Origin: a virus
Lineage: Duplodnaviria; Caudoviricetes
Direction: 5' to 3' (one strand)
DNA: 64,000 bases
Virus record (IMG/VR): IMGVR_UViG_3300025196_000011
Coordinates: 9,030-73,029 of that record
This document shows positions 33,586 through 43,300 of the stretch, piece after piece. Position 1 is the stretch's first letter. The number at the start of each line of letters is the position of its first letter. The notes under the pieces were generated by a model. It saw nothing but the letters and a program-made list of their open reading frames with translations, made no database searches and was not told the origin of the DNA. The translations under genes and the position numbers were made by a program.

Positions 33586-33871
33586 AAGCCATACCCTCAT
33601 TGGTTAAGTGCTCGCGCTTCAATGCGGCCACGCTTGCCGGCGCTGGCAAGTAGATAATGCGGCGCGGTAAAGGCTCGCCAATCCGGTTCGTGCCAGCGCA
33701 TAGCATGACTATATCGGCGTCATCACGGCTGCCATAAACGCGCTGCGCGATAAGCGTGGGGTCGTGCTCTTCATCTTGGCCAACATCCCACGCAATCAGC
33801 TTGTCGGTACGCGCGCGGCGTACCAATAGGTCAACGTGAGTACGAACGGCGTTTAAGTAAATGTTTTTCAT
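33575..33871 (-). CDS. gpX/LysM-like baseplate protein
   Basis: DPTLIAQRVYGSRD...IIYLP. Confidence 0.65.
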   Translation of the reverse strand: MKNIYLNAVRTHVDLLVRRARTDKLIAWDVGQDEEHDPTLIAQRVYGSRDDADIVMLCAGTNRIGEPLPRRIIYLPAPASVAALKREHLTNEGMAYGR

Positions 33872-33879
33872 AAAACCCC

Positions 33880-34428
33880 TTACGCGGTGCGTAACCAGTA
33901 ACCGGCGACAATAGACGGCTGAATATTGTTATGCGGCTGGTCGCCGCCCGCGCCCCCAGTCGTAATATTTGCGGCGCTGGCGCTGGTGTTTTGTGTGGCC
34001 GGCCTTGTATTACCTGAGATATTGCCCTTATGAAAATCAACCTCATGCGTATGATTGGGTATTTCCTCAATCGTTAGTGTGTGCTCGTTTTCACCAAACG
34101 TATTACCGATAGTTTTATAATCATCAGGGTCGGCCGCTTTGGTTGATTGACCTACCACCGTGCGCCCCTCTGCATAGCGCACCCATGTGCCATATCCATG
34201 ATGGGCGGCCACGGCGGCGGCGCTTACATGGTTAATCGTCGTGGTATAAATATCACCTACCTTGTACGCCTCAACGCTGCCTATTTGCTGCTTTAACCAT
34301 AAGATATTCTCGGCAAGCTGGCGGCTCGCTAGATTGGCATTACCACCATCACCGCCGACGATGGGTTCGGTTACGTCCACTTGATTGATATTGTCATGCC
34401 ATTGCGCGGTTAGATTTAAGTTGCTCAT
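33880..34428 (-). CDS. Baseplate/fibre-attachment protein (T4 gp10 C-terminal-like module)
   Basis: GGNANLASRQLAENILWLK; YKVGDIY...GTW...GENEHTLTIEEIPNHTH...HNNIQP...YWLRTA. Confidence 0.75.
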   Translation of the reverse strand: MSNLNLTAQWHDNINQVDVTEPIVGGDGGNANLASRQLAENILWLKQQIGSVEAYKVGDIYTTTINHVSAAAVAAHHGYGTWVRYAEGRTVVGQSTKAADPDDYKTIGNTFGENEHTLTIEEIPNHTHEVDFHKGNISGNTRPATQNTSASAANITTGGAGGDQPHNNIQPSIVAGYWLRTA

Positions 34429-34449
34429 ATATAAATTCCTATCGATGAA

Positions 34450-35298
34450 TTATTGGTAACGGGCTTTGCCGTCGTATTTGTGTTTGCCGTCATACTTAAC
34501 GGCGTTAGGGTCTAAGCGCTCCCATATATGCGTTGTCTGCAATGGGTAGGTATTTGGCTGCTGACTGATTGGGTCGCTCGTCATGCCTCTTTTGCCTAGA
34601 TTAAACTGCTCACTTTCGACAAACGGGTCGGCGGGGTCAGTGGCGACGATAATCTTACCGGTGACACGCTGCCAAAACGTTTCAACGCCAAGCAATTCAT
34701 CAAATAGCGGCTTTGGGTTCATATCGATATGGGTATGGTACAAATAACCGATAGGAATAACCGCCCCTAGCAAGGCTTGAAAGTGGGCTTTGTCCACGTA
34801 CTGCGCATGGGCGTTTAGGTCGTCAAGGTGGGCGCTTGATAAGTATTGCGGGTGCGGATTTGGTGCGGCCAAGTGCGCTTCCATGCTGCTTAAGGCTGGG
34901 CTAGCATTGCCGCTTTGTACCTTTACGCGCGCGGTATCAATGCCGGCAAGCGCGATGCCAAACGAGGCGGCAAAATTACCCGCGTTTAGGGTAAAAAATG
35001 GCTGGCTACCGGATAAGGCCACGGCAAACAATACGCCGGTACTGGTCTTAACGCCTACCTCATGCACGTTGACAGTCGCCTTTGATGCCAGCATGGCGCT
35101 AAAGCGTAAAACCTCGCTTTTAGGCTCAATGCCCGCGCTAATAATATCGGCGCTGTCAATCTCGATACTGAGCGCGGTTTCATTACCGGTTACGGTATCC
35201 CTGCCCTCACCGATGGCCACTTCTGATAGCGTGATATTGCCGCTGGCAAGCGCTTGCTTGCCGGCCTTGGTCACGGTAAAAATGATTTGCTTGGCCAT
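34450..35298 (-). CDS. Short tail fibre protein, paralogue of the N-half of 35301-37688
   Basis: VTKAGKQAL...VAIGEG; HLAAPNPHPQYL; IPIGYLYHTH...TGKIIVATDPADPF. Confidence 0.75.
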   Translation of the reverse strand: MAKQIIFTVTKAGKQALASGNITLSEVAIGEGRDTVTGNETALSIEIDSADIISAGIEPKSEVLRFSAMLASKATVNVHEVGVKTSTGVLFAVALSGSQPFFTLNAGNFAASFGIALAGIDTARVKVQSGNASPALSSMEAHLAAPNPHPQYLSSAHLDDLNAHAQYVDKAHFQALLGAVIPIGYLYHTHIDMNPKPLFDELLGVETFWQRVTGKIIVATDPADPFVESEQFNLGKRGMTSDPISQQPNTYPLQTTHIWERLDPNAVKYDGKHKYDGKARYQ

Positions 35299-35300
35299 GA

Positions 35301-37688
35301 TTAACGCCCCTTGGTTGAGCCGCCGGCTAGGTTGTTAATGGTTACGCTGCCCTCTTTTACTAAACCCGCTTGCCCGCCGTTTGCTGGTGGTACGGCGTAA
35401 ACTTTTTGATAGACGGTGTTAAAGCGGCCTTTTAGTTTCTTAAGCGTGGTTTTTTGGCTGTTCACGCCATTACCGCCGCTTACGCCTAAATCTCCGCCCG
35501 CGCCGCCATGGTGCAAGCTCACGTCTAGCGATTCAAAGTAGTTTGGCATGACCAACTCGCCATCCGTATTAGTGCCATCGGCCGCCATACCGCCATAACC
35601 ATACGCGCCGCCTACCGTGCTGCCGCCATTACTAGATTGTTTTAGCGTGACACTGTAATGCTGATACAGCGTATAACCCTGATAGACAAGCGACGGGCGC
35701 GTCTTGTCAACTGCTGCCGTTTCTGACACGTAAGAAATAAGATTGTAATGCAAGCCGTCGCTATGATAGTTAGGCAAAAAGAATACCGGTGAATTGAGCT
35801 TAAAAGCGGGGTCTTTAAACGGTATGGTCTTTTCAATCCGATTATGCGCCGGTGAATACCATGATAGAAAGTCCGTAGCGCCGCTTTTTGGCTGCGTTTG
35901 CGTCATATACATTGGCTGCGGCTCTTTGGTGTAGTCAAACGGCGTATAACCGCTTTCAGCATGATACTGATAAAAGCTCTCTATCGTGTTGCCGTTAGGT
36001 GCGCGGCGGCCATACGGCGCACCGCCGCCCGCGCCAGCCCCGCCTATCGTTTCAAAAACGCCATCAGGGCTAAACTCACTTGGCGCGTTAAAGATGACCA
36101 CGCCACCGCCACCGCCGCCACCGCCGCCGCCCGCAATCGTGCCGTAATTTTCTACTATCATTTTCCCCTTAATGGCCGTGCCGCCATCTTCTCCATCTTG
36201 CGGCAAGGTTAAACGGGTGGTATCAGTCCAATTATTTATTACAATACCTACGCCGCTTAGCCATTCGGACGCCCGCCCGCCCGCGCCGCCGCGTCCTAAA
36301 ATACGGCCGCGATTTTCAACGGTTATTTGCGAGCCTACCGGCCATTTTGTGCCGTCTAGTATCGCTGGCTGCGTGGTATCTGCTGCTATAACGTCTACGC
36401 CCTCGTTGATGATAAAGCGCACCTTATCGGTCGATACCGGATAAGCGCCGCTATGCTGTTTAAAATATTCATCGAGCACAATACCGTTTAGCGTGCTGCT
36501 GGTGATATGTATGAATTTCTCGGTACGTCCAGCGTCCATAATCGGTACATTCATCGATAGATTTGCTGGCGCGCCTACGGTTAGCCGTACATGCTTTTGC
36601 GCTTCTGCGATATTGTCATCAGGCGTGGTCGTATAGTCGATAATAGCGCTGCCATTCTTTAAAATGACTGAGCCGGACTTGGTGGCATCAGGCGTGGTTA
36701 CGTCATTGCTGGCGCTGTTTAATGCGCCCTCTTTAACCGTCCATTTTAGGATTTGGCCATCAGGCACGTTGCTTGCGGTTAAGGTAAAGCGGATAGCTGC
36801 GCCCTCGTCAATGGCCGTCTTATTGGCGATTACTTGCCAAACGGTTTCAATCACGTCATCAGGGTTATAGCGCTCAAAAACGTTGGTCGTATAAAGCGGA
36901 TAGGTATGCGGACGGTTCACGCCCGCGTCGCTGGTCATGCCCTTTTGGCCAATCGTCAATCCAACGTCTTTAATAAACGGGTCGGCGGGATCGGTGGCGA
37001 CGATAATTTTGCCGGTGAGGCGACGCCAAGCGGTTTCAATGCCAAGCAGCCTGTCAAAATCAGGCTTAGGATTGACGGCGCTATGGGTATGATGCAAATA
37101 GCCGATAGGGATTAGCACCTCTAGCAGCAATTGAAAGCGTTTAAAATCCAAGTATTGCGGGTGCGGGTCTTTGGTCACGTCTAAATGCTCAAGCCCTAAA
37201 TATTGCGGGTGCGGATTTGGTGCGGCCAAGTGGTTTTGCATGATGGTCGGCATCAAGCTGGCGTTAGGATTGATTGTGACCGTTACCTTATCGGCGCTGG
37301 CTTCATTGAGCGCCAAGCCGAAAGCGACGACAAAGGTTACGTTCGGGTATAGGGTGAATAACGGCTCATTGATGGCCGCCGCAATAGCAAATAGCGTGCC
37401 GTCCTCACTCAGTAGGCCAAGCTCATAAACGGGCGTGATTTTATCGGCGTAAATGGTGGCACTAAACTGCAAGGTATTGGACGCATCAACCTCACCGGAC
37501 GCGGTGGCAATCTTAGTAATAAGGGTTTTGATTTTGGTTTCTTTGCCGGTTGGCGTATAACGGCCTGAGCCGATAGCAACATGCGTAAGATTGACAGACA
37601 AATTGACCGCATCGCCGGTCGTGTTTAACGCGCCACGTTTGCCGGCGTCGGTTATTTTTAGAATGATAGGTTTGCTAGGTGTGGCCAT
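35301..37688 (-). CDS. Long tail fibre with Ig-like domain and Gly-rich gp38-like adhesin C-terminus
   Basis: ITDAGKRGA N-terminus, HPQYL repeats; GRILGRGGAGG...ENYGTIAGGGGGGGGG...GGGAPYG. Confidence 0.8.
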   Translation of the reverse strand: MATPSKPIILKITDAGKRGALNTTGDAVNLSVNLTHVAIGSGRYTPTGKETKIKTLITKIATASGEVDASNTLQFSATIYADKITPVYELGLLSEDGTLFAIAAAINEPLFTLYPNVTFVVAFGLALNEASADKVTVTINPNASLMPTIMQNHLAAPNPHPQYLGLEHLDVTKDPHPQYLDFKRFQLLLEVLIPIGYLHHTHSAVNPKPDFDRLLGIETAWRRLTGKIIVATDPADPFIKDVGLTIGQKGMTSDAGVNRPHTYPLYTTNVFERYNPDDVIETVWQVIANKTAIDEGAAIRFTLTASNVPDGQILKWTVKEGALNSASNDVTTPDATKSGSVILKNGSAIIDYTTTPDDNIAEAQKHVRLTVGAPANLSMNVPIMDAGRTEKFIHITSSTLNGIVLDEYFKQHSGAYPVSTDKVRFIINEGVDVIAADTTQPAILDGTKWPVGSQITVENRGRILGRGGAGGRASEWLSGVGIVINNWTDTTRLTLPQDGEDGGTAIKGKMIVENYGTIAGGGGGGGGGGVVIFNAPSEFSPDGVFETIGGAGAGGGAPYGRRAPNGNTIESFYQYHAESGYTPFDYTKEPQPMYMTQTQPKSGATDFLSWYSPAHNRIEKTIPFKDPAFKLNSPVFFLPNYHSDGLHYNLISYVSETAAVDKTRPSLVYQGYTLYQHYSVTLKQSSNGGSTVGGAYGYGGMAADGTNTDGELVMPNYFESLDVSLHHGGAGGDLGVSGGNGVNSQKTTLKKLKGRFNTVYQKVYAVPPANGGQAGLVKEGSVTINNLAGGSTKGR

Positions 37689-37727
37689 GGTGATAAGTAC
37701 CCGCTTGTCTAATGTGGAATGAGTACC

Positions 37728-37766
37728 ATTTTAGCGCTTGCCAGCTTGCGGGCGGGCGGGTGTTCC
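37728..37766 (-). promoter_or_regulatory. Late promoter (tail fibre operon)
   Basis: GGAACACC 37759-37766, 25 nt, TAAAAT. Confidence 0.75.
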
Positions 37767-37815
37767 ATACAGGGTAAGCCTAGCTTTATGCGCAAAAAAC
37801 AATTACCCGTTATCC

Positions 37816-39783
37816 TTATAACAAGTCGGCCATCGCGTCTAATTCGTTCCACTGCTCTTGCTCTTTTGCCGTGCCAACAAAAGCGACTTTATTGGCCGGT
37901 GAATAGTTGATGTTTTCCATGTGGATAAAGGCGAACGTATCGGCAATATCGGGCGATGTGATACCCTCTTTGGCCATATCCTTTTTGCTAGTAACGCCCC
38001 AACGTGACCGGTCATCAAAGAAGTACGGCAAGCGGCTCATTTGCGTTTCAAGGTTGGTCATTAACTGGTACATACGGCGCACTTTTGGCGCAAGACTAAA
38101 TATGCCGCGCTCAACGGCCTTGGCCATACCAACGTAAGCATGAGCACGTTTATTATAATAAAGTTTCTTAAGGTTGTTATTGAAACACGGTACGCCCCAG
38201 TTTACCGTCTCAAAATACAAGCCCTCGGATTTAAGCGACTGACAAAGCCCCATGCCCGCGCCTATGGGGTCAATAACGACGGTCGCGCCCGCGTACTCAG
38301 CAACGGCGGCGTATATCTTGGCCTTAAGCTCATTGATATTGGCGCGGTTACTAAATAGCGGTATGTCGATAATGTGAGTATGGCGCTCAATACGCCCTTG
38401 GTACTCCTTATCAACGACTTTGGCCACGGTTATAACACTGTGGTCGCGGCCAACGTCACCGCCAACGTCCACGGTAATAATATAACCGTATTCGTCATCC
38501 TCAGTGACAACCGGCCGCCTATTCACCATTTGGGTTATTTCTGAGCGCGTGAGTAAGAATTTGCCCTTTAATTCGGGGAATTTGCCACGTATGCGGATTA
38601 AATAACCGGCATGGTCGCGGCTGCCGTACTGGTAAAGCGCTTCGATTAGTTTTGACTTACTGACCAGCGGGGATAATTCGCCGTTAAATTCAAGCGCAAT
38701 CCATATACCGCCGTTTTTGTAGCTCAGCTTATGATGGGTGTCATAAAAGAAGCCGGTATTCGTGGCCGGCTGGCTGGTCAATACGGCGCGGTTGTTTTCA
38801 TGGGTCAATGCGCCGATGGCAACTTCCATTACCGCGTCATCAATACCGCAAGCCTCGTCCGCCCATACCATGTAGTGGTCGCCATGCTGACCGGCAATAT
38901 TGGTCGGCTGGTGCTTAGGCGCGGTCTTAGCAAAAACGAACCACGTATCTTTAAAGTTTTTGATGTAAATTTTTTCGGCCAAAACGACGATAAAATCGGC
39001 AAGCCAGCCTAAAATGGGGTTGTTGCGCAAGCGCTGAATACAGATATTAATTTCTTTCCATACGACGGTACGCAATTGGCCAATTTGCGGCGCGGTGAAT
39101 AACATTACCGATTCGGGGTAAAAAAGCAGATGCCATAAAGCGATAATACCGGCCGAACGTGATTTACCAGTATTGTGCAATACCATGCCATCAGCGCCCA
39201 AAAACTGACCATTACCATCGAGCGTAAAGCCGTAATAATTGCCCTCACCTAACGCTTCAACGGTTTGTATTGGCATGTCAACGATAACGCCGCCAATATT
39301 GCGATAGCAGTAAAAACCAATGCCCGCGCCATGCTCGACAAAATCCTTAACCGTCATGGTCTTATCAATGCCGGCGCGCTTCAAACACAAAATATGGCTT
39401 TCATTGAACGTGTAGCTTGTACCGTCACAATAGATAAAGCGGTACATATTTTCACGCCCGCGTACAACATCCATGACCTCACGCGGGGTTATGCCATCAT
39501 CACCCATCAAACGGTCATTCATACCGATATTTTGCACAAATTGCTTGCTACCGTCTGCAAGCATGATTTCAGTATTAAAACCAAAACAACCGTGGCCGGA
39601 TGCAACCGACGTCCGGCTACTTGGTATCTCAATCGACTTAAATAATAATTCCTGCTGCCATGTCACCGCTTGGCCGCTCTCAAACGTCATGTCTAAGGCT
39701 TCCACGGCAAAGCGGGTTATGTCATAACGGTAACGGTCGCATACCTCTAACCATTCCGGCAATTCAAGTAAATTGTCTATCAT
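37816..39783 (-). CDS. Terminase large subunit (P1 PacB-like) containing a mini-intein
   Basis: Walker A SGHG/TGKS, Walker B VWADEA, nuclease ITVDVGGDVGRD and SPDIADT. Confidence 0.92.
   Translation of the reverse strand: MIDNLLELPEWLEVCDRYRYDITRFAVEALDMTFESGQAVTWQQELLFKSIEIPSSRTSVASGHGCFGFNTEIMLADGSKQFVQNIGMNDRLMGDDGITPREVMDVVRGRENMYRFIYCDGTSYTFNESHILCLKRAGIDKTMTVKDFVEHGAGIGFYCYRNIGGVIVDMPIQTVEALGEGNYYGFTLDGNGQFLGADGMVLHNTGKSRSAGIIALWHLLFYPESVMLFTAPQIGQLRTVVWKEINICIQRLRNNPILGWLADFIVVLAEKIYIKNFKDTWFVFAKTAPKHQPTNIAGQHGDHYMVWADEACGIDDAVMEVAIGALTHENNRAVLTSQPATNTGFFYDTHHKLSYKNGGIWIALEFNGELSPLVSKSKLIEALYQYGSRDHAGYLIRIRGKFPELKGKFLLTRSEITQMVNRRPVVTEDDEYGYIITVDVGGDVGRDHSVITVAKVVDKEYQGRIERHTHIIDIPLFSNRANINELKAKIYAAVAEYAGATVVIDPIGAGMGLCQSLKSEGLYFETVNWGVPCFNNNLKKLYYNKRAHAYVGMAKAVERGIFSLAPKVRRMYQLMTNLETQMSRLPYFFDDRSRWGVTSKKDMAKEGITSPDIADTFAFIHMENINYSPANKVAFVGTAKEQEQWNELDAMADLL
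39172..39588 (-). other. Mini-intein (139 aa, Hint domain only)
   Basis: C1 in CFGFNTEIMLADG, block B FNESHIL, terminal VLHN then T+1; excision restores SGHGTGKS. Confidence 0.92.
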
Positions 39784-39793
39784 TTACCATGCC

Positions 39794-40411
39794 CTAGATG
39801 CTAAACGGCAACATATCGTCATCGTCGCCGTCGTCATCGTCGTTATTTGCCTCGTCAGGCTCTTTTGTGATTGCATAGCCCCCATACACCATACGCGCCG
39901 CCCAAACGGCTAGCAGTACGGCAATATGGCCGTTATTCATACCCATGCTGTCAAAGTCCAGCGCGCGGCCTCTATCGTCAATCTTGCGCGTTTGGATAAC
40001 CTGAGCGGGGTTATAGCGCTGCAAGGTGTCATCGAGCTTTAACAAGCCGGCGGCCGTGACCGCTTTGTATGACGCCATGACCGACTGCATTTGCTCACGC
40101 TCATTGAACGATAAGCCCCAATGATTGAATACTTGCGGCGTATCGGTGACAACAATGGTGTTATCGGCTGGCACGGGCTGTTCACGCCAAGCGCGTTCAA
40201 CCTTAATGTTGATCATGCCGCTGTTGGCGTCAGTGACCGCCATAATACGCGCGGGGTCGCCATCGTAACCGGCGGCGCGGGCGTCGATGATAACGATGTT
40301 GGGCTTGGCGGCGGGCTGGGCGGGCTTGTCAGTCTTGCCGGTGGCTAGGTCGCTTAGCTTGCTGACCAGCTTAACGGCCATCTTGGCCGCTAGTGTTTGG
40401 GTGTCGCTCAT
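39794..40411 (-). CDS. Hypothetical protein with acidic tail
   Basis: ORF between the neck-like gene and terminase. Confidence 0.6.
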   Translation of the reverse strand: MSDTQTLAAKMAVKLVSKLSDLATGKTDKPAQPAAKPNIVIIDARAAGYDGDPARIMAVTDANSGMINIKVERAWREQPVPADNTIVVTDTPQVFNHWGLSFNEREQMQSVMASYKAVTAAGLLKLDDTLQRYNPAQVIQTRKIDDRGRALDFDSMGMNNGHIAVLLAVWAARMVYGGYAITKEPDEANNDDDDGDDDDMLPFSI

Positions 40412-41304
40412 GGGCTGTCCTTAATATCTTGCTCAGTAATGACGCCGGTATCAGGGTCGATATTAACGCGGGTATGGCGCGCGCCCTTTTCCATCACGTC
40501 CGCTTCAATGACAAACGCATTTAATTGGTCGGCGGGGTCACGGCTGCCATCAATCGGCGGCAAGTTTGGCGGTATGCTGCCATCAGGTTCGCCGGTATCG
40601 GTTAAATCATCATCAGCATGGCCAAGGCCAACGACGTTCGGTTCAAGGCCTACAATAGTGCAATCGACGGTCACGCCATGCACGGTGTTAATATCAAGAC
40701 TGACTTTATCGGGATAAATGGTGTTCTCGGCGACTTTAAAATTCCATTGGTCTTTGATAATGGCCGTGCCAGCAAAGCCAAGCTCATATTCGACGTCAAA
40801 GCTACGCTTGCGCTCATGTTTAAAATAATTGACAAACTGATTGGCAATCGACGACGCGGCGTGAATGTCCGGCGCAAAAAAGGCGATTTGGCAACGATAG
40901 GCCACGGCGGCGGCGCGCATTTGTACCACGCGCTGTAACGGGTCGTTATCGACAACCACGTTTACCCAATTCGGGTTAGGCTTTACGATTTCATATTCCG
41001 GCGGCGCTTCAATGGCGCTGATTGCCGTTACCATAACCGGCAAAGCAACGCTTGTGCCGGTGTTGGTGGTATTGCCACCGGCGCGGGCGTTGTCTGTACG
41101 CTGAATGGCACGCAATAGCGCTTCGGCGTCATCAACCATATTGGTTTTAGCGACGATGATAGCGCCCTCAACGCGGCGCTTTTTCCAGTCTCTTATGGAT
41201 TGCTGGCCGGCGGGCGAGCACCACTGGCGAAAATCACGTAACCGATAGCCCCATGCGTCTTGCACGGATTCAAGCGGGGATAACAAACGATTAACCTTGC
41301 TCAT
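40408..41304 (-). CDS. Putative tail terminator/neck protein
   Basis: YRCQIAFFAPDIHAASSIANQF pattern resembles gp15-like terminators. Confidence 0.45.
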   Translation of the reverse strand: MSKVNRLLSPLESVQDAWGYRLRDFRQWCSPAGQQSIRDWKKRRVEGAIIVAKTNMVDDAEALLRAIQRTDNARAGGNTTNTGTSVALPVMVTAISAIEAPPEYEIVKPNPNWVNVVVDNDPLQRVVQMRAAAVAYRCQIAFFAPDIHAASSIANQFVNYFKHERKRSFDVEYELGFAGTAIIKDQWNFKVAENTIYPDKVSLDINTVHGVTVDCTIVGLEPNVVGLGHADDDLTDTGEPDGSIPPNLPPIDGSRDPADQLNAFVIEADVMEKGARHTRVNIDPDTGVITEQDIKDSP

Positions 41305-41315
41305 AAAAACCCCTA

Positions 41316-42245
41316 TTAACGGCGTTGACGGCCAAACAGTGATACGCGCTCTTCACGACGTTCGGTATTTACGCGCGCTTGCTTGGCGCTCTCAGTGGTC
41401 AAAAGGTCGCGGTCGCTTGTACCGGATTGAGCAAAGCTATCCCATTGCGCGGTTGCCTCTTCAAACGATACGGACGGACAAATAAGGCTATCGTAAAGCT
41501 CTTCTTTACGGGCTTGCTGGCGGGCTTTCACATTGGCCATCTGCTGCTGGCGTTCGATAAGCAACTCTTGCGCGCTTAAGGCTTCTTTTTGGTAATGGCC
41601 AATCATCATTTCTGAGTGAATAGCGGTTGCCATGCTGTCGTACTGGTGAATAATCGCGGTTTCAAGTGCGGCCATGATGGCGGCGCGTTCGGGCGTTACA
41701 TGGGTCATGCTGTCAAAAGCCATTTCTTCGGCTTCATCAATCCAAAAAAGGCTATCAAACATGCCGTCACCGCGGTTGGTGTTGTAGTTTGGCTGGCGGA
41801 CATAATCAAAGCCGGCAAAACCGGTCACTTCGTACTTGCCAGTCTCATTCATGCGGCGCACCATGGCGCTACTAAAGCCGCCCGCGTTATTGGCATATAG
41901 GCGTTCTGAGTATTTACCGCTGTCGGTGTCTAAAAATTCATGGCGCGTGGTCACGTTGCCATCGTTATCGGCCGATAGCTCAATGGTGCGTAAGGCGGGT
42001 TCAATGCGGATATTTTCGCCGGTCTGCGGGTTCACCCAAACGTCAGGCGGATTCATACCAAAGCGGGCGCGTAATTCATGGCCGTAATAGCCGTATAAAT
42101 CGCCGCTACTGACAAGCTCTTGAACGTCCGGCGCGTTAATGCGGTTCACCGCTGACCGTATATCAAGGTCTGAGCGGTCAACGCCGTTATGCGCACGGCC
42201 ACGGTCGGCTAGGTTGTAGGTGATTGTGCGGGTTTTCTTTGACAT
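41316..42245 (-). CDS. Prohead (head-processing) protease, P1 Pro-like
   Basis: LYGYYGH, GGFSSA, GFDYVRQPNY...GMFDS align with P1 Pro (GYYGH, GGWSWA, GVDYVTTPNY...GMFES) as recalled. Confidence 0.85.
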   Translation of the reverse strand: MSKKTRTITYNLADRGRAHNGVDRSDLDIRSAVNRINAPDVQELVSSGDLYGYYGHELRARFGMNPPDVWVNPQTGENIRIEPALRTIELSADNDGNVTTRHEFLDTDSGKYSERLYANNAGGFSSAMVRRMNETGKYEVTGFAGFDYVRQPNYNTNRGDGMFDSLFWIDEAEEMAFDSMTHVTPERAAIMAALETAIIHQYDSMATAIHSEMMIGHYQKEALSAQELLIERQQQMANVKARQQARKEELYDSLICPSVSFEEATAQWDSFAQSGTSDRDLLTTESAKQARVNTERREERVSLFGRQRR

Positions 42246-42283
42246 AAAAATGCCCCTTAAAATAAACGGTTGTTAATACGTTT

Positions 42284-42323
42284 AGTTTAAAGGGCTTGGG
42301 CTTACTGGCTGGTGGGGTGTTCC
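42284..42323 (-). promoter_or_regulatory. Late promoter (protease-terminase-operon)
   Basis: GGAACACC 42316-42323, 26 nt, TAAACT. Confidence 0.75.
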
Positions 42324-42363
42324 TATGGCCTAATCTAGCACTGTATAGCGCTAAACATGCTAT

Positions 42364-43230
42364 TTAATACGCTGGCTCTTCAACTATGACTGCATCATCC
42401 TCGTCATAAGCAATATTCTCGGCATCTAAATCATCAGATTGCGCACTTTCAATGTTATTTGAAATTTCACTTTCAGCTCTTAGATTCTCCGCTCTTACTT
42501 GGGCATCTTCAATTGCGATACGCTCCCTCATTGCTTTCAGTCTTGCTGGTGCTTGCGCTCTATATTCTTCTTGGTCTTGAGTATATTGGTCAAACGCTAC
42601 AATACTTGCCAGCATGGTCGCTGCTGAACCAATCTGAGCATTATAAGTTTCGCTTTCCTCGCCGCTTTCAGAATATGTTGAGCTAATCTCATAATCTACA
42701 TTAACCGAAAAAGCATTCCCGTTCATTCTTCTAAACTCATCGATATTATATGCAGTAATACCCATATTCATAAACGAATGCAAAGGACTTCCATTGTTGA
42801 TTAACCTTGCTGCTTTAGATACTATCGCGTCAGGCGTACCATCATTGCCAACATAGGTAACATTTGCTTGCGCTGAACATTTTACAATATCACCTGTACT
42901 TACATCAGGGTTTGAAATGAAATCAAACTCTATTTTAGAGCTATCTAGGAGCGCTTGGTATCTATCATCGAACCCTCGTTGATTACTTAGTAATTCAAAA
43001 GCATTTTCAATGATATTTTCCTTCATACCCTGAATAACCCACGGATTTAAACATGGGTTACCTGTTATCTCACTAGGGTCGTCTGCCATCACATCCGAAT
43101 CGTAAATAGAAGATGCCATAGCATCTTCCCCTTCATCGTTATTAGGCTGACTATCGCAAGCGGTAATTGATAGCACCCCAATAACGCTAGCTATAACACT
43201 TATTTTCCTTAAACTGACTGATAACTGCAT
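42364..43230 (-). CDS. Lipoprotein moron (candidate immunity/superinfection exclusion protein)
   Basis: Signal peptide with lipobox ITA-C25, Asp at +2; visibly lower GC than flanks. Confidence 0.8.
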   Translation of the reverse strand: MQLSVSLRKISVIASVIGVLSITACDSQPNNDEGEDAMASSIYDSDVMADDPSEITGNPCLNPWVIQGMKENIIENAFELLSNQRGFDDRYQALLDSSKIEFDFISNPDVSTGDIVKCSAQANVTYVGNDGTPDAIVSKAARLINNGSPLHSFMNMGITAYNIDEFRRMNGNAFSVNVDYEISSTYSESGEESETYNAQIGSAATMLASIVAFDQYTQDQEEYRAQAPARLKAMRERIAIEDAQVRAENLRAESEISNNIESAQSDDLDAENIAYDEDDAVIVEEPAY

Positions 43231-43261
43231 TTAACAACCCTCTATCAGATAATTTTTCAAG

Positions 43262-43270
43262 ATTGTAACA
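43262..43270 (-). promoter_or_regulatory. Extended -10 sigma70-type promoter for the lipoprotein gene
   Basis: TGtTACAAT 32 nt upstream of ATG; no GGAACACC. Confidence 0.5.
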
Positions 43271-43300
43271 CTACTGTATCTCTAGGGGATATATTTATTG

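Noticed and set aside
34450-37688. Diversity-generating retroelement acting on tail fibres
   Set aside because: No reverse transcriptase and no TR/VR pair differing at adenines; similarity is at the N-terminal anchors
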